From contig NC_057726.1 of the NCBI RefSeq assembly GCF_004010195.1, positions 62,184,850-62,248,849 on the forward strand: a stretch of DNA of 64,000 nt, in the 5' to 3' direction. The translations under genes were made by a program, and so were the position numbers. Under the pieces are notes generated by a model. The model worked only from the letters and a program-made list of their open reading frames with translations. It was not told the DNA's origin and ran no database searches. How positions within the stretch are numbered: the first letter of the stretch is position 1; the number at the start of each line of letters is the position of its first letter. Of this stretch, positions 23,040-36,824 are shown piece after piece. The stretch is from Chiloscyllium plagiosum (taxonomy: Eukaryota).

Positions 23040-26000
23040 GTTAGAGGCAATGAGAAACTTACAAGAGCAAGGGGGTGTAATAGATGGCAGCTATAGGAAG
23101 GGATAAAAGTTTCAGATACAGTCACATGATGGGGTAACTCCAGGAAAGGTAAGAGAGTATTGGAAAATATAGGGGGTGGTAGGTTCTCAGGGGGGTGTAG
23201 CATGAACAGACACATTTCTGGTATTGAGACTAGCTCTATTGCAATGAGGGGTACGTCGGGTTCCAAGAGAACAGTTGTGTTAAGGGACTATCTAGTCCGA
23301 TGTACAAAGAGATGTTTCTGTGGCCAGCAGTGAAAAATCAGAATGGTGTGTTGCTTCCCTGATGCTATCATCAAGGATGTCTCAGAGAAGGTGCAGAATA
23401 TTTTCAAGCGGGAGAAGGGCCAGCAGTACGTCATTATATACATTGGAACCAATGGCATAGGAAGGGAAAAGGTTGAGATTCTGAAGGGAGATTACAGACA
23501 GTTAGGAAGGAATTTAAAAAGGAAGTCGTCGAGAGTAGAAATATCTGGATTACTCCTGGTGCTACGAGGTAGTGAGGGCAGGAATAGGAGGATAGAGCAG
23601 ATGAATACATGACTGAGCAGCTGGTGTATGGGAGAAGAATTCGCATTGTAATCTCTTTTCGGGGAGAAGTGACCTGTACATAAAGGACGGATTGCACCTA
23701 AATTGGAAGGGGACTAATATACTGGCAGGGTGATTTGTTAGAGCTACTCATGTAAATTTAAGCTGGTAAATTTGCAGGGTGTGATCCAGGGAGATGGAGA
23801 AGAAAGAGATCAATCTGAGACTCGTACAGTTGAGAACAGAAGCGAGTCAAACAGTCAGTGCAGATAGGGACAAAGCAGACAACAAGGGAGGACTGATAAA
23901 TTAAAATGCATTTATTTCAACGCAAGGGGCCTAACAGGGAAGGCAGATGAACTCAGGGCATGGATAGGAACATGGGACTGCGATATCGTAGCAATTACAG
24001 AAACATGGCTCAGAGATGGACAGGTCTGGCAGCTTAACTTTGCAGGATACATATGCTAAAGGAAAGATAGAAAGGGGGCAAGAGAGGAGGGGAGTGGTGT
24101 TTTTGATAAGGGATAACATTACAGAGAGGATGTTCCCAGAAATATATCCAGGGAAGTTATTTGTGTGGAAATGAGAAATAAGAAGAGGATGACCACCTTA
24201 CTGGGATAGTATTATAGACCTCCTAATAGTCAGAGGGAAATTGAGAAACAAATTTGTAAGGAGATCTCAGTTATCTGTAAGAATAATGGGGTGGTTATCA
24301 TAGAGGTTTTTAACTTTCCAAACAGAGACTGGGACTGCCATAGTGTTAAGGGTTTAGATGGAGAGGAATTTGTGTAGAAGAAAATTTTCTGATTCAGTTT
24401 GTGGATGTACCTACTAGAGAAGATGCAAAACTTTACCTACTCTTGGAAAATAAGACAGGGCAGGTGACTGAGGTGTCAGTCGGGGAGCACTTTGGGGCTG
24501 GTGATCAAATTCTATTAGTTTTAAAATAGTGATGGAAAAGGATAGGCCAGATCTAAAAGTTGAAGTTGTAAACTGGAGAAAGGCCAATTTTGACGGCATT
24601 AGGCAAGAGCTTTCAAAAGCAGATTGGGGCAAATTGCTCACAGGTAAAAGGATGGCTGGAAATTGGGAAGCTTTCAGACATGAGATAATGAGAGTCCAGA
24701 GAAAGTACTTTCCTGGTAGGGTGAAAGGAAAGACTGGTAGGTATAGGGAATGCTGGATGACTAAAGAAATTGAGGGTTTGGTTAAACAAAACAAGGAAGC
24801 ATATGTCAGGTATAGACAGAATCGATCGAGTAAATCCTTAGAAGACAATAGAAGATTTAAGAGGGAAATCAGGAGGGCAAAAAGGGGACATGAGATCGCT
24901 TTGGCAAATAAAGTTAAAGAGAATCCAAAGCGTTTTTACAAATACATTAAGCACAAAAGGGTAACTCGTGAGAGAATAGGGCCCCTCAAAGATCAGCAAG
25001 GCAGCATTTGTGCAAGGGAGCAAAGATCAGCAAGGGAGCCGCAGAAAATGGGGGGAGACACTAAACGAGTATTGTGCATCAGCACGTATTGTGGAAAATG
25101 ACATGGAAGATATAGAATGCAGGGAAATAGACGGTGACAACTTGAAAAATGTTCATATTACTGAGGAGGAAGTGCTGGATGACTTGAAATGCATAGATCT
25201 GACGAAATACAGGGAGGACTTGCCAATTGGATACAGAACTGTCTTCAAAGTAGATGACAGAGGGTGGGGTGGAGGGTTGTTTGTCATACTGGAAGCCTGT
25301 GACCAGTGGAGTGACACAAGGATCGGTGCTGGGTACCCTACTTTTTGTGATTTGGATGAGCGCATAAGAGGTATACTTAGCAAGTTTGCAGATCAAACCT
25401 AAATTGGAGGTGTAGTGGACAGCGAAGAAGGTTACCTCAGATTACAACAGGATCTTGATCAGATGGGCCAATGGGCTGAGAAGTAGCAGATAGAGTATAA
25501 TTTAGATAAATGCAAGGTGCTGCATGTTGGGAAAGCAAATCTTATCAGGACTTATACACTTAATTGTGAGGTCCTAGGGAGTGTTGCTGAACAAAGAGAC
25601 CTTGGAGTGCAGGTTCATAGCTCCTTGAAAGTGGAGTCACAGGTAAATAAGACTGTGAAGAAGGCATCTGGTATGCTTTCTTTTACTGGTCAGAGTGTTG
25701 AGTACATTAGTTGGGAGGTCCAGTTGCAGCAGTACAGGACATTGGTTATGCCATTGTTGGAATATTGCGTGTAATTCTGGTCTCCTTCCTATGGAAAGAT
25801 GTTTAAGAACTTGAAAGGTTTCAGTAAAGATTTACAACGATGTTGCCAGGTTTGCAGGATTTGAGCTATTGGGAAATGGCTGAACAGGCTGGGGCAACTT
25901 TCCCGGAGCGTCGGAGGTTCAGGGGTGACCTTATAGAGATTTACAAAATCATGAGAGGCAAGGATAGGATAAGTAGACTTTTCCCTGGGGTGGGGGTGTC

Positions 26001-26300
26001 CCGAACTGGAGGATATAGGTTTCGAGTGTGAGGGGAATGATATAACAGAGGTCTTAGGGAAAACCTTTTCATGCAGAGGGTGGTATTTGTAAGGAATGAG
26101 CTGTCAGAGGAGGTGGTGGAGGCTGGTACAATTGCAGCATTTAAAAGGTATTTGGATGGGTATATGAATAGGAAGGGTTTGGAGGGATATGGGCCAGGTG
26201 CTGGCAAGTGAGACTAGATTGGGTTGGGATATCCGGTCAGCATGGATGGGTTGGACCGAAGGTCTGTTTCCGTTCTGTACATCTCTATGACTCTATCTGA
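23040..26300 (+). mobile_element. CR1 LINE: ORF1 esterase, endonuclease, internally deleted RT, 3' tail
   Basis: VCCFPDA..IGTN, DIVAITETWL, NPKRFYKYIK, KFAD, tail atctctatgactctat; many stops. Confidence 0.95.
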
Positions 26301-26829
26301 ATCTGTCTCTTTAACAATGATGTAAAGAATATTTGTAATATAATTTATCTTAGCAAAAAGTCGTAAAGTGACAATAATAACATTTAATTAAGTAGATGGC
26401 CTCTGGGATAACTGACAACTTAAAAAATCAGTAAAGAGACAGTAGGAGGTGATAACTTCCAAATTCCATAATCCTTAAGAGCCAGTTAGAAATTGAGTTT
26501 GCATCCATCGAGATAAGAAACATAAAAGATAGAAGCAGCAGTTGGGTATTTGAATCCTTGAAGCTGCATCACCATTCAATGTTATCGTGACTGGTCATGA
26601 AGCCTAGTCCCTTGATCCTGCCCTCCCCTCCATCTCTTGATCCCCTTAGCCACGGCAGATATGTCTACCTCCTTATTGAAAGTGCATGATGTTTTCACCT
26701 CAACCATTTTCTGTGGTCGCAAATTCCATAGGGTCAACACTCTCCGGGTGAACAAATTTATCTTCATCTCAGTTACTTCTACTCATCTCATTTTTGTCTA
26801 TTCTCATCGCTTAAGCCAATTTGTAATAG

Positions 26830-27185
26830 GTCTTGCTCATCCGAGGCCAATCAGAATACAACGACGGAATTGAGCATGCTGTATTTTTTTTTGTGGCTTG
26901 GAAACGGTTAAAACACTAAAGCTTTTGAAGTAAAGGCACGCATGAGAGTTTCAAATTATACTGCTTCGAGTTGGACATGGAATGTTCTTAAGGCATTGGA
27001 GAGAGACTGAGAAACCAAATGCACCATTAGCAGAATCAGAGATCAAGAGCCCAAATATCTGTAAAGTCTCTGTCCCGCTTGAATAGGTAGTACTTATAAC
27101 CTAAACAAAGTTACCTGAGTTATTACACAAAACTGTCTCTTGTTTCCTTATTTGAGTGTAAGACCCCTGAAACTTGCAAAACACC
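26830..27185 (+). repeat. Diverged repeat shared with 51445-51835
   Basis: Colinear blocks aatcagaat..ggaattga.catgctgt, aaggcattggagagaga.tgagaaaccaa, tgagt.taagacccct. Confidence 0.7.
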
Positions 27186-27837
27186 TGCCAGTGGGATACA
27201 ATTTCAGAAGTTTAGGTGAACACAAGGCCAGGGGGATTCGCTTCAGTGGTCAAGGGCATTCAACCTCGGATCTTCAGGTGAACATCCTCCAAGGCAGACT
27301 TCGGGACATGTGACAATGCAGAGTTGCTGAATAGAGGCTGATAATCATGTTCGGTATTCATGAGGCCAATGTCAACCCGGATATTAAGTTCATATCATAC
27401 TACAGATTACCTGACCACACTATACACACAATCAAATGCACCGGCACATGCACATGCACACTTTCACATAAACACACACATACGGCCCCTCTCCCATACA
27501 CACAACACATTCACACTCACGCTTTCTCACACACACATACTCCCACACACTCACTCACGCTCTGTCTCAAGCACACACCCACACTCACATGCATGCTCTC
27601 ACAAAAGATATACTCCCACACAGTTACACACACTCTATCTCTCAAGCACACACTCTCTCAAGAGCATGTGCACACAAACACACACACTCTTTCCATCAAA
27701 CACACCCTCTCACACACAAGTTCTCCCTCTCTCTCCCTCACACACACATGCACACACAGATATAAATCTATGGGGTGAATTTGCATTGGCAGATTTATAT
27801 TTGTAGATGGACTCTATTATGTTCAAAAACCACACAA

Positions 27838-30240
27838 AGAAGGAGTCAGGAAGGTTGATGAGGGCAGAGCAGTAGACCTCATCTATATGGATTTCAGTAA
27901 GGCCTTTGATAAGATTCCGAGTGGAAGGCTGCTTTGAAAGGATAGAATTCAGGAAATCCAGGGGGAGTTGGCAAACGAGGTACTCAATTGACTTGATGGT
28001 AGGAAGCACAGGGTAATAGTGGAAGGATGTTTGTTGGACTGGAGGCCTGTAACTAGTGGCGTGACTCAGGGGTCGTTGCTGGGCCCATTGGTTTTGTTGA
28101 CTATATTAATGATTTGGTTGAGAATGTACAAGGCATGATCAATAAGTTTGTAGATGACATTAAAATAGGTGTGGAAGGTTATCAGAAAATGCAGCAGGAT
28201 ATTGATCAACTGGGGAAGTGGGCCAAGAAATGGCAAATGAAGTTTAATATAGATAAGTGTGAGGCGTTGCATTTTGGAAAGTCAAATCAAGATAGGAGTT
28301 TCACGGTGAATGGTTGAGCCTTAAGGAGTGTAGTGGAACAGGGGGACCTTGGAGGTCAGGTTTCACAGTTCTCTGAAAGTGAAGTCACGGGGAGACAGGG
28401 TAATGAAGAAAGCTTTTGGCACACTGGCCTTCATCAGTCAGATCATTGAGTATAGACGTTGGGAAGTTATGTTGCAGTTGTATAGGACATTGGTGAGACT
28501 GCGTTTGGAGTATTGTGTTCAGAATTGATCATCTTGCTATAGGAAGGATGTTATTAAACTGGAAATAGTGCAGAAGAAATTTACGAGGACGTTTCTAGGA
28601 CTCAACTGTCTGAGTTATGGGGAGAGATTAGACAAGATAGGACATTTTTCTTTTGAGCACACGAGACCGAGGAGCAATCTTTTACAAGTGTATAAGGTGA
28701 CCTGGACAATACATGTTAATGATATAGAAGATGGTATCAGCAATAACATTAGCAAATTTGCTAATGATACAAAGCTGGGTGGCAGGGTGAAATGTGATGA
28801 GGATGTTAGGAGATTACAGGGTGACCTGGACAAGTTAGGTGAGTGGGCAGATGCATGGCAGATGCAGTTTAATGTGAATAAATGTATGGTTATCCACTTT
28901 GGTGGCAAGAACAGGAAGGCAGATTACTACCTCAATGGAATCAGTTTAGGTAAAGGGGCAGTACAGAGAGATCTGGGTGTTCTTGTACACCAGTCAATGA
29001 AGGCAAGCATGCAGGTACAGCAGGTAGTGAAGAAGGCTAAGAGCATCCTGGCCTTCATAACAAGAGGAATTGAGTATAGAAGCAAAGAGGTGCTTCTGCA
29101 GCTGTACAGGGCCCTGGTGAGACCAATCCTGGAGTACTGCGTGCGGTTCTGGTCTTCAAATTTGAGGAAAGACATTCTGGCTATTGAGGGAGTGCAGCGT
29201 AGGTTCACGAAGTCAATTCCTGGAATGGCGGGATTACCTTACACTGAAAAACTGAAGCGACTGGGCTTGTATACCCTTGAGTTTAGAAGACTGAGAGGGG
29301 ATCTGATTGAGACGCATAAGATTATGAAAGGATTGGACACTCTGGCAGCAGGAAACATGTTTCCGCTGATGGTGAGTGCCGAACCAGAGGACTCAGCATA
29401 AAAATACGGGGTAGACCATTTAGGACAGAGATGAGGAGAAACTTCTTCACCCAGAGAGTGGTGGCTGTGTGGAATGCTCTGCCCCAGAGGGCAGTGGAGG
29501 CCCAGTCTCTGGATTCATTTAAGAAAGAGTTGGATAGAGCTCTCAAGGATAGTGGAATCAAGGGTTATGGAGATAAGGCAGGAACAGGATACTGATTAGG
29601 AATGATCAGCCATGATCATGTTGAATGGCGGTGCAGGCTCGAAGGGCTGAATGCCCTACTCCTGCACTTATTGTCTATTGTCTATTTTTGTGTGAGGCAT
29701 GGGTAGGGTGAATGTACTCAGTCTTTTTTTCCAGGCTTAGACAATCGAGGACTACAGAGCATCACTTTAAGTTTAGAGGAGAGAGAATAAAAGAGAACCT
29801 GAGGGGCAACATTTTTACACAGAGGGTAGTAAGCATATGGAATGAGCTGCTAGTGGAAGTTGTTGAGGTGGATACATTAACAACATTTAAAAGGTAGTTA
29901 GATAAACACATGGATAGGAATGGAATAGAAGGATCCACTGTACTCTGGGCTAGTGAATTCCACTGATTCATGATCTTTAGAGAGAATTAAAAAGGGACAT
30001 TTAAGCAACTCTTGGATAGGTACATGGAAGATAATACAATGAAGGGCATATATTAGAGGAGGATAAAAGGTCGGCACAACATCGAGGGCTGAATGGTCTT
30101 TATTGTGTCATACTGTTCTATTTTCTATAAGGATAGGGGTCAAGTGCGGGGAAGTGGAGTTAGTGTACATGGACATTTTTTTGTGGCAAGGATCAGTTTG
30201 GACCAAAGGGCCTGTCTCCATGTTGTAGGACACTGTAACT
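27838..30240 (+). mobile_element. CR1 RT/3' region (host of further insertions)
   Basis: YMDFSKAFDK, KFVDD, KWQMKFN; interrupted at ~28698-29689 and ~29935-30128. Confidence 0.9.
28706..29686 (+). mobile_element. Younger 5'-truncated CR1 of a different subfamily, nested
   Basis: Long open frame SKFANDTKLGG...WQMQFN...LVRPILEYC; tail ttgtctattgtctat. Confidence 0.92.
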
Positions 30241-32237
30241 ATTTATAAATTATTTATAGTCAGTCAGTGTGGCATTTTATAAATTCCCACTTTGGAAATA
30301 AAACCAATCTGGCTCCAAATTGAAATACAAACAGACTTGAAACTTAGCCTCACACCTAAAATGTATTGTCTGACTTGATGTATGACCTTTATTCTGATAA
30401 AGCCTGAAGTTATCTTGGAGTAGTAACTTAAAAGAAATTCTGGGACTTCCATATTAATCAATCGAAAGCTGCACCTCCATTCTAACTGATTAAAGACTTT
30501 ATCGCCATCTCGGTTTGTCCAATATATTCACACAAACTGTGTGACCCTTTGACCTTTTACTTCTACATTCTGTGCCCGATGTATTCTCTCCTTCCCAGCA
30601 GCCTGAGGAAGGAGCTGCGGCTCTGAAAGCGTGTGGTTTCAAATAAACCTGTTGGAATACAACCCAGTGTCATGTGATTTTTTTTGCTTTCGAGAAGCAA
30701 CTACTGGAATTGCTTTGAAGTATAGGCCCACAAACAGTTACACGGAGACGGTAATGTTTGCTAATCACAACTCCAAACTTTTATTGACAGTTCAAAAATC
30801 AGAATGTGAGTGTATTTTGATATTGTTTGTTATTGCAGCCCTGTCACTTTCAGCTGATGTACATCGCAATGAAAAAGGAACGTGATTAACTAAGTATCAA
30901 CATGAGCAGCAGTACAACTGCGATGGACTGAATGTGAATCTTTGCTTTTGTTGCTTGTGTTCTTCCATGCTTCAAAGCCTTGTAGTTAAGTTTGTCTAAG
31001 CGATAGTTCTTTTATGCCAAGTGTGCGATGAGGTGATGTGATCCTTGGAATCTACGTCATTATAAAAATAACTAGGAATCAACAAACTGCAGATGTTCGA
31101 AGACGATATTCCTTTCCATAAATTTCTGTGTGTGCGTGTGTGTGTGTACATGTGTATTGAGTGCTTTCTGAATGAGAACAGTAAATGGGACAAGTTGTGA
31201 TTTAGTATGCTTTATTTTTCATTGAACTGTCACTTGGGCAAAGTGTGTTAAAATTAATACACTGCAGAATTTTCATTTTTCATGTTTCGCCTCATTGTGT
31301 TTGCTGTTTCTTTAATAGGTTTATTAAGAATATATATTTGCATACAATCTGACACTTGTCAATACCTGCTTCTTGTTTAAAGTAAATTTTCCTGGGCATA
31401 AAGTATCAATTTGTTGTTGAGTAAAGGAACTTTGCTGACTTGTTCTCAATGCTGAACATTTTACTGTCTATAAATTATATAATTGATGAAATCCAAACAT
31501 GGGTGCATTGAAAAATGGTATACACATTGGAAGATTATGATTAGGAAAAGAAAATAGTTCACCTCTCCACGATCAGTCAGGACAATTTGAACAAGAAAAT
31601 GTTTCGACTGAAATTGGAAATTGGTGATGTAAGGTGAAGCGTTTACACATTCTCGTCTATATCAGGAAATCATTTCGAAAATTTCACAAAGACAAATGCA
31701 AAATGGAATGTCTGTCGGATGTGAATTATAAGTGTGTTGCTAATAACACCGAAATGTAGATGAGACAAGATTGCTACTATTCATCACTTGACACATTTTC
31801 ACTATTCTGCAATACACAAAATTAAATTTAGAATAATGTATTGGCGCTTTTACGTTGAATGACTGAACCACATCCGTTGTTTCGCTTGATTAGCAACTCA
31901 CAATTTTCAATGTTAATGCTGTGGGTGGTTAAGGCAATAAGGTTAAAATGATGCAGCCTTCTATAGAACAAATAGTTCGCCTACACATTGACCTTTTATG
32001 TGCTTTGTTGTTTTTAAAGATGCACCACCTCTTCAGTTAATGCATTGTCACCTTGCTTCGATATTGCAACAGTAAACTGCCATTGCAAAATCTACTGTGG
32101 CAAAATTAAAAAAACAATACCATTGGTAGAGAGCTGTGCAAATTCTGTTGAAAGCCTCATGTGCTCAAAACGGATTGTATTTTATTCTCTCTGGTTGTAT
32201 CTTTAAATCAACAGCAGTTTAAATAGGTACATAACAT

Positions 32238-33090
32238 AGTTAAAAATCACACAACACCAGGTTATAGTCCAACAGGTTTAATTGGAAGCACACTAGCTTT
32301 CGGAGCGACGCTCCTTCGTCAGATAAAAGTGGAGAGCTCGATCGTAACACTGAATTTATAGCAAAAAATTGCAGTGTGATGTAACTGAAAATATACATTG
32401 AAAAAGTGATTGTCTGTTAAGCCTTTCATCTGTTGGAATACGGTAATAGTTTCACCTCTTTCATGTGTAAATCACAAACCTTTTTTTTTAAATTGCATAC
32501 TCGGGTCAGCTGTTAACAATGGTGATAGCTAGACAATAAGTTGAAGGTGTTAGCCCCCTGTGTTCTCTGTCTATGACCTGATATTTAGATTGATTCTAAT
32601 CTAAAAAAAAAGATAACAGAGTTTTACATAAATTCAAGCAGTTTTTGAGCTCAGAGTTCTACATGAATGTATGCAGTTTTTGAGCAAAGTGCAATGTAAC
32701 TCTGCAAGTACAAATTCACACCACAAAATATATGTGTGCATGTTGGTCTTTGTGTGTGTGTGTCTGTCTGGGGTAGGGGTTGTGAGTGTGAGAAGGTGTG
32801 TGTTTGTGTAGTGAGTGCAGAGTGTCTTAAGTCTGTGAGGGGGTGCATGTGTGAGTGTGGGAGTGCGTGTGTCTATAAGGGTGTGTGTGGGTGCCTGTGT
32901 GCACGTCTGTGTTAACCTGTGTCTGTGTGTATGTGAGAGTGTGTGTGTAGGAATATCTGTGTGTGTGTGTCTAGTGCAATGGTTATCACCTGTAATGTGA
33001 CATGAACCCAAGGTCCCGTTTGAGGCCCTCCCTATGGGTACCGAACTTAGCTATCAGCCTCTGCTCAGCCACTTTCCTCTGCTGCATGTA
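32238..33090 (-). mobile_element. Penelope-like 3' end with pseudo-LTR
   Basis: EQRLIAKFGTHREGLKRDLGFMSHY at ~32995-33070, TG tract, hammerhead-like core near the terminus. Confidence 0.85.
32298..32322 (-). ncRNA. Minimal hammerhead-ribozyme-like motif in Penelope pseudo-LTR
   Basis: CTGACGA-A-GGAGC-GTC-GCTCC-GAAA on the minus strand. Confidence 0.55.
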
Positions 33091-33959
33091 CATAACATAG
33101 GTCGATTCCATTCTTTATAATGGCAAATGACCTCAAATTTACTGGCTTTTGCAAACAGAATACATGTAGAATTATTTATAAGTTGAAAATGAGAAAACTG
33201 TACTGTTGAGGAAATAGCACAGATGAGACTATTTGAGTAGCTCTTTAAAAATGTCAGAACCCATAAAATATTTAATATTTGTGATGCCACGTGGATGGTT
33301 GTGGGCTTTGTGGCTGTATAGCATTAGCAAAAAGGAAATTGGCATCTCCATTCAGGAAATGCATGGATTATTCCAACGACTTAACCTTCAACAGTTTCAT
33401 ATTCAATAACGTGAACGAGATTGACAATCACAATACAGCAAAGCACCACAGAACTCAAAACACTCACATGGGAACATCACTCACCAAGAGAAAACAGCCA
33501 ATGTTGATTTGTAGTAGGTCGTATGGACTCTGTGTTTATTGAATTTAGACCTATGCCCAATAGAGCTAATGTTGTAGCATTACAAAGTCACAATTAGAAA
33601 AACGTATTGGCTGAATATAAGTTATAATAGACTCGGTAAGGTTTTGTTCAGAAAAACAGTTAAAACAATTTTAAACAAATACTTGATTTTTATACTGAAG
33701 ATAATATTCTGTGTTACAATATCACTGTATTGTTACATCAAGTAGAATCATACGGTATGCAGAAGCCTGAGTTGGCGTTACAGATAAATGAAAGCAAAAT
33801 TTCTTGTGGATGGGTGGTAGTTTATCTACCGCTGTGCAAGGAGTTTGGAGTCGGGTCCCAACTCCTTCAGTGGATGTGTAATGCCATTTTGGAAAAGATT
33901 TATTATAAAATATCAACACTCATCTCATAACGTTTGTATCGAAATATTTGTTCCCGATG

Positions 33960-34087
33960 ATTTTGTTTCTATGTAGACCGTGTGTTTCTTTCTATAAATG
34001 GGCGTATTCTGAAATTCATTCTTCATTTTTCTACATCCACGTTTTCTCTGTGCATATCATCTCATCAAATGCTGGTGCTCGTTCAGT
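33960..34087 (-). pseudogene. Paralog terminal exon remnant
   Basis: Acceptor tttgcag. TERAPAFDEMIC...SEYAHL vs VAQDAVANKVTY...TEYAAL; internal stops and deletion. Confidence 0.7.
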
Positions 34088-34269
34088 CTGCAAATCCAAT
34101 GTTTGACAATATCACTTATGTATCATTTTATGCGGTATTTCAAAGTAATTACCAGAAAAGCTACCAAACGCCGATTTTCTAAACAGCGTTAAAGTCCACA
34201 AAAACGCACTTCCTTCGTTATTACATGAATGTTAATGGTACATTGGTGATAGAAGTCAGTAAGGCCTAC

Positions 34270-34370
34270 CTTGGCGGATATATATTTTTCTTTTCACATT
34301 TGTGTCGTAATGACTTCTTGCCTCTGCTCAAATCCAACGCAGCACAATGCACGATTTCAGTTACTTCTCC
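34270..34370 (-). pseudogene. Paralog ITIM exon, tyrosines lost
   Basis: GEVTEIVHCAALDLSRGKK... vs EAPSEGVQYTAVEFSRGRR. AG/GT intact, 101 nt vs 102 nt. Confidence 0.85.
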
Positions 34371-36201
34371 CTGCATGTGTCAGAATCCAAATATTTGGTT
34401 TCCAGCAAATTGCGACTAGTAAACAACAGTTGATCAGGGTTCAAGATGAGGTGCACAAACCATATATGTTTGCACAATTGGACTTATTGGAGCATTGTGA
34501 TCCCTGCAGTTAATACATAAATCTGTCAATGCTTATGCCACAGGGCGATATGACTGACATGAGCAGCAGATTTACAATATTAAGAATTTTTCTTTCCTCA
34601 CAACTGAAGCATGGATGTATCTACAATCAATTGTCACTTAAACATATCTTTCAGAAAACTGGCAATATTCCTTGAATGATTAAAGGATCATCATTTATCA
34701 GGTGCATTCCTCATCATGGTTTGAAAGAGTCACTGACAGCTGGCCAATACTTAGAGAATAGACTTGAACTGTTGGAATGATTTTGTTATACTATTTCCGT
34801 TAAAGCATGTTTTTCCTTTACCATTTCAACATCTACCTAAAGGAATGAATGAACATATTAGCTCTTCTGTGTATTTTGGCCCATTTATACATTTGTTTAT
34901 CTGCAACAAACAAAATGTAAAAATATTTTAAATGTTTATTTAGTCACCATATTCATGATTGCAAATATACATCAAATGTAAAGGTAATGCGAAGAATAGT
35001 TTACGAGTTTGGATTGAACCAAGGTATTTGAAATGCCGCACCTTATACAAACGAGCAGTAACGTTTCTTTACATTTTTCTTGAAATATCACGGAATATTT
35101 TTGGAGATTAAGGGAAACCATCTCATTCTTTAAACTTCTTTACTGCATAGATTTCTGGCATTGGAATCCTGCCTGATCTTTATATGACTCAAGAGAAAGA
35201 TTCGCCTAGTTCTCTCTTACTTGTGTGAAATGGCTTTGCGCACAGCAAACATAGCAAAGTAAGTGGTTAGAACTGGATTGTATAACAGATCCCGAAGACA
35301 GCTCGACCACTCAATACAAACCTGTCTAATTTTCCGCCTCAGCTGCACATTCTTCCATGCAGTACATATTCCTTAATTCTTGAGAGACTAAAATCTATCT
35401 ATTTTACCATTCAACATACAACTCGCTGGGGCAGGTAAGTTCAAAGGTGCTCAAGTTTCTGCTTAACGTAGTTGTAGGTGATCGACTGACACTTTGCTGA
35501 GACACTACCTTTCTATTCAAAATTCCCCCGGCCACCATAAACAATTTCCTAGTGCGTACCCCATCGTGCCTAGTCAGCGCATCGCCAATTTCTCAAAGGC
35601 GAATAGAAATAAAGAATAAATATTGAACTTTTTCACAAAGCCCTCGACAGGAGAATGAATAAAATGTTTTTTTGATACCGGGATAGGGGGAGCTGGTATA
35701 GAAACTCAGCCATGCTGGTTTTGTAAAGTGCATCAGGTTGGGATTTTGTATTGTTTCCTGCTGCTCTTTGTCCTTGCAGTCTATTTCGGCCAGAGACTCG
35801 CCCCCGTTCACTTTCCTGATCGAACCACAACAGAATGAGTTCGTAAGTGATTGTTCAGGAGTGAGCATTTCATTTAACATCTTTGAACAGGGACATTTAT
35901 ATCCAAGCAATTATACATATCATTATGACCTTGTTTAACATTTTGCAATCATACCACCTTCATAAACTGCATTTCAAAATAATCGACATTCGCTCATAAC
36001 AAATAACAATGTTAGTCGTGGTCTCCTGATGGACGGTTTTTTTTTCGCCCGAAACGTCGATTTTCTCCTGCTCCTCGGATGCTGCCTGACCTGCTGTGCT
36101 TTTCCAATACCACACTCTCGACTCTCCCTCCCCGTCGAGTTAGGAAGTTGTCAGTAACACCGAGGTTTGCATTTAAATAGTTAGCGTATAGTAGATCTTA
36201 T

Positions 36202-36314
36202 CATTGTTATATCCCACTGGTACCACGTTCCGGCAAAGATCCCGAACGCCAGGAACATCACTCCAGTAGCCACACACCCAATACCTGCAAAGTGAAATGG
36301 TATTCCGACACGAG
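36202..36314 (-). pseudogene. Paralog TM exon, donor inactivated
   Basis: xRVGIPFHFAGIGCVATGVMFLAFGIFAGTWY aligns in register with the gene 1 TM exon (F8, C13, A15, G17, FL20-21, Y31). 113 nt vs 114 nt; donor GTAAGA->ATAAGA. Confidence 0.85.
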
Positions 36315-36824
36315 CTACAAGGTTGAAACAATGATTACATTATGGCGAATGTTAACGGAAAAGGCCTTAACATTGATTAGCAAAGCTGGTGCTTTCAGTA
36401 TATCTGTTCAAATTGCATTAAGACCAGACAGAAAAACACAGGTAATATTTGAAGTAACGCCTTCATAAAATAAACTAGACATTCGGGATTAATCTATGAA
36501 AGAGATTGTTGGTTCAGCAATCTCATAATATTAGCAAAGTGAATTCAATGAGAGAGGGACAGATTCTATGTAATCAGATGACTTAATCAGCTTCTTCACT
36601 TTTTATAGATATATGTCTTTAAGTAATTTTCCGGTAATGAGAAGTATTATTTCTTGAAACATAATTTCACTCATTGCGTGTTCTATACTGGCATCGGGAT
36701 AGCAACTCTTCATAACTGCATCAGTGTAAAGATAGCAGGCAATGGAAACAAAAACAAAACCGAAACGTATGAACGATAAACAGAAGTATATTTAAGTAGA
36801 ATATAAGGCATTTATTAATACGCT

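Larger units (their letters stand above)
27225..30690 (+). mobile_element. Penelope-like 3' region split by nested CR1 insertions
   Basis: GIY-YIG C-terminus and CA tract at 27225-27836; pseudo-LTR resumes at ~30258-30690. Confidence 0.75.

Noticed and set aside
27347-27806. His/Thr-rich ORFs (also 32634-33011)
   Set aside because: Translations of CA/TG microsatellite tracts within Penelope elements.
28568-29401. 277-aa RT-like ORF
   Set aside because: Chimera of a host and a nested CR1 fragment; not a gene.
35780-35842. Plus-strand 63-nt segment with strong AG/GTAAGT sites
   Set aside because: No partner exons or recognisable protein; lies antisense within the pseudogene.
36178-36314. TM-like GIGCVATGVMFLAFGIF resembling an MHC class II beta TM with a short tail
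   Set aside because: Aligns in register with the gene 1 TM exon; the apparent short tail results from a 1-nt deletion and a mutated donor.
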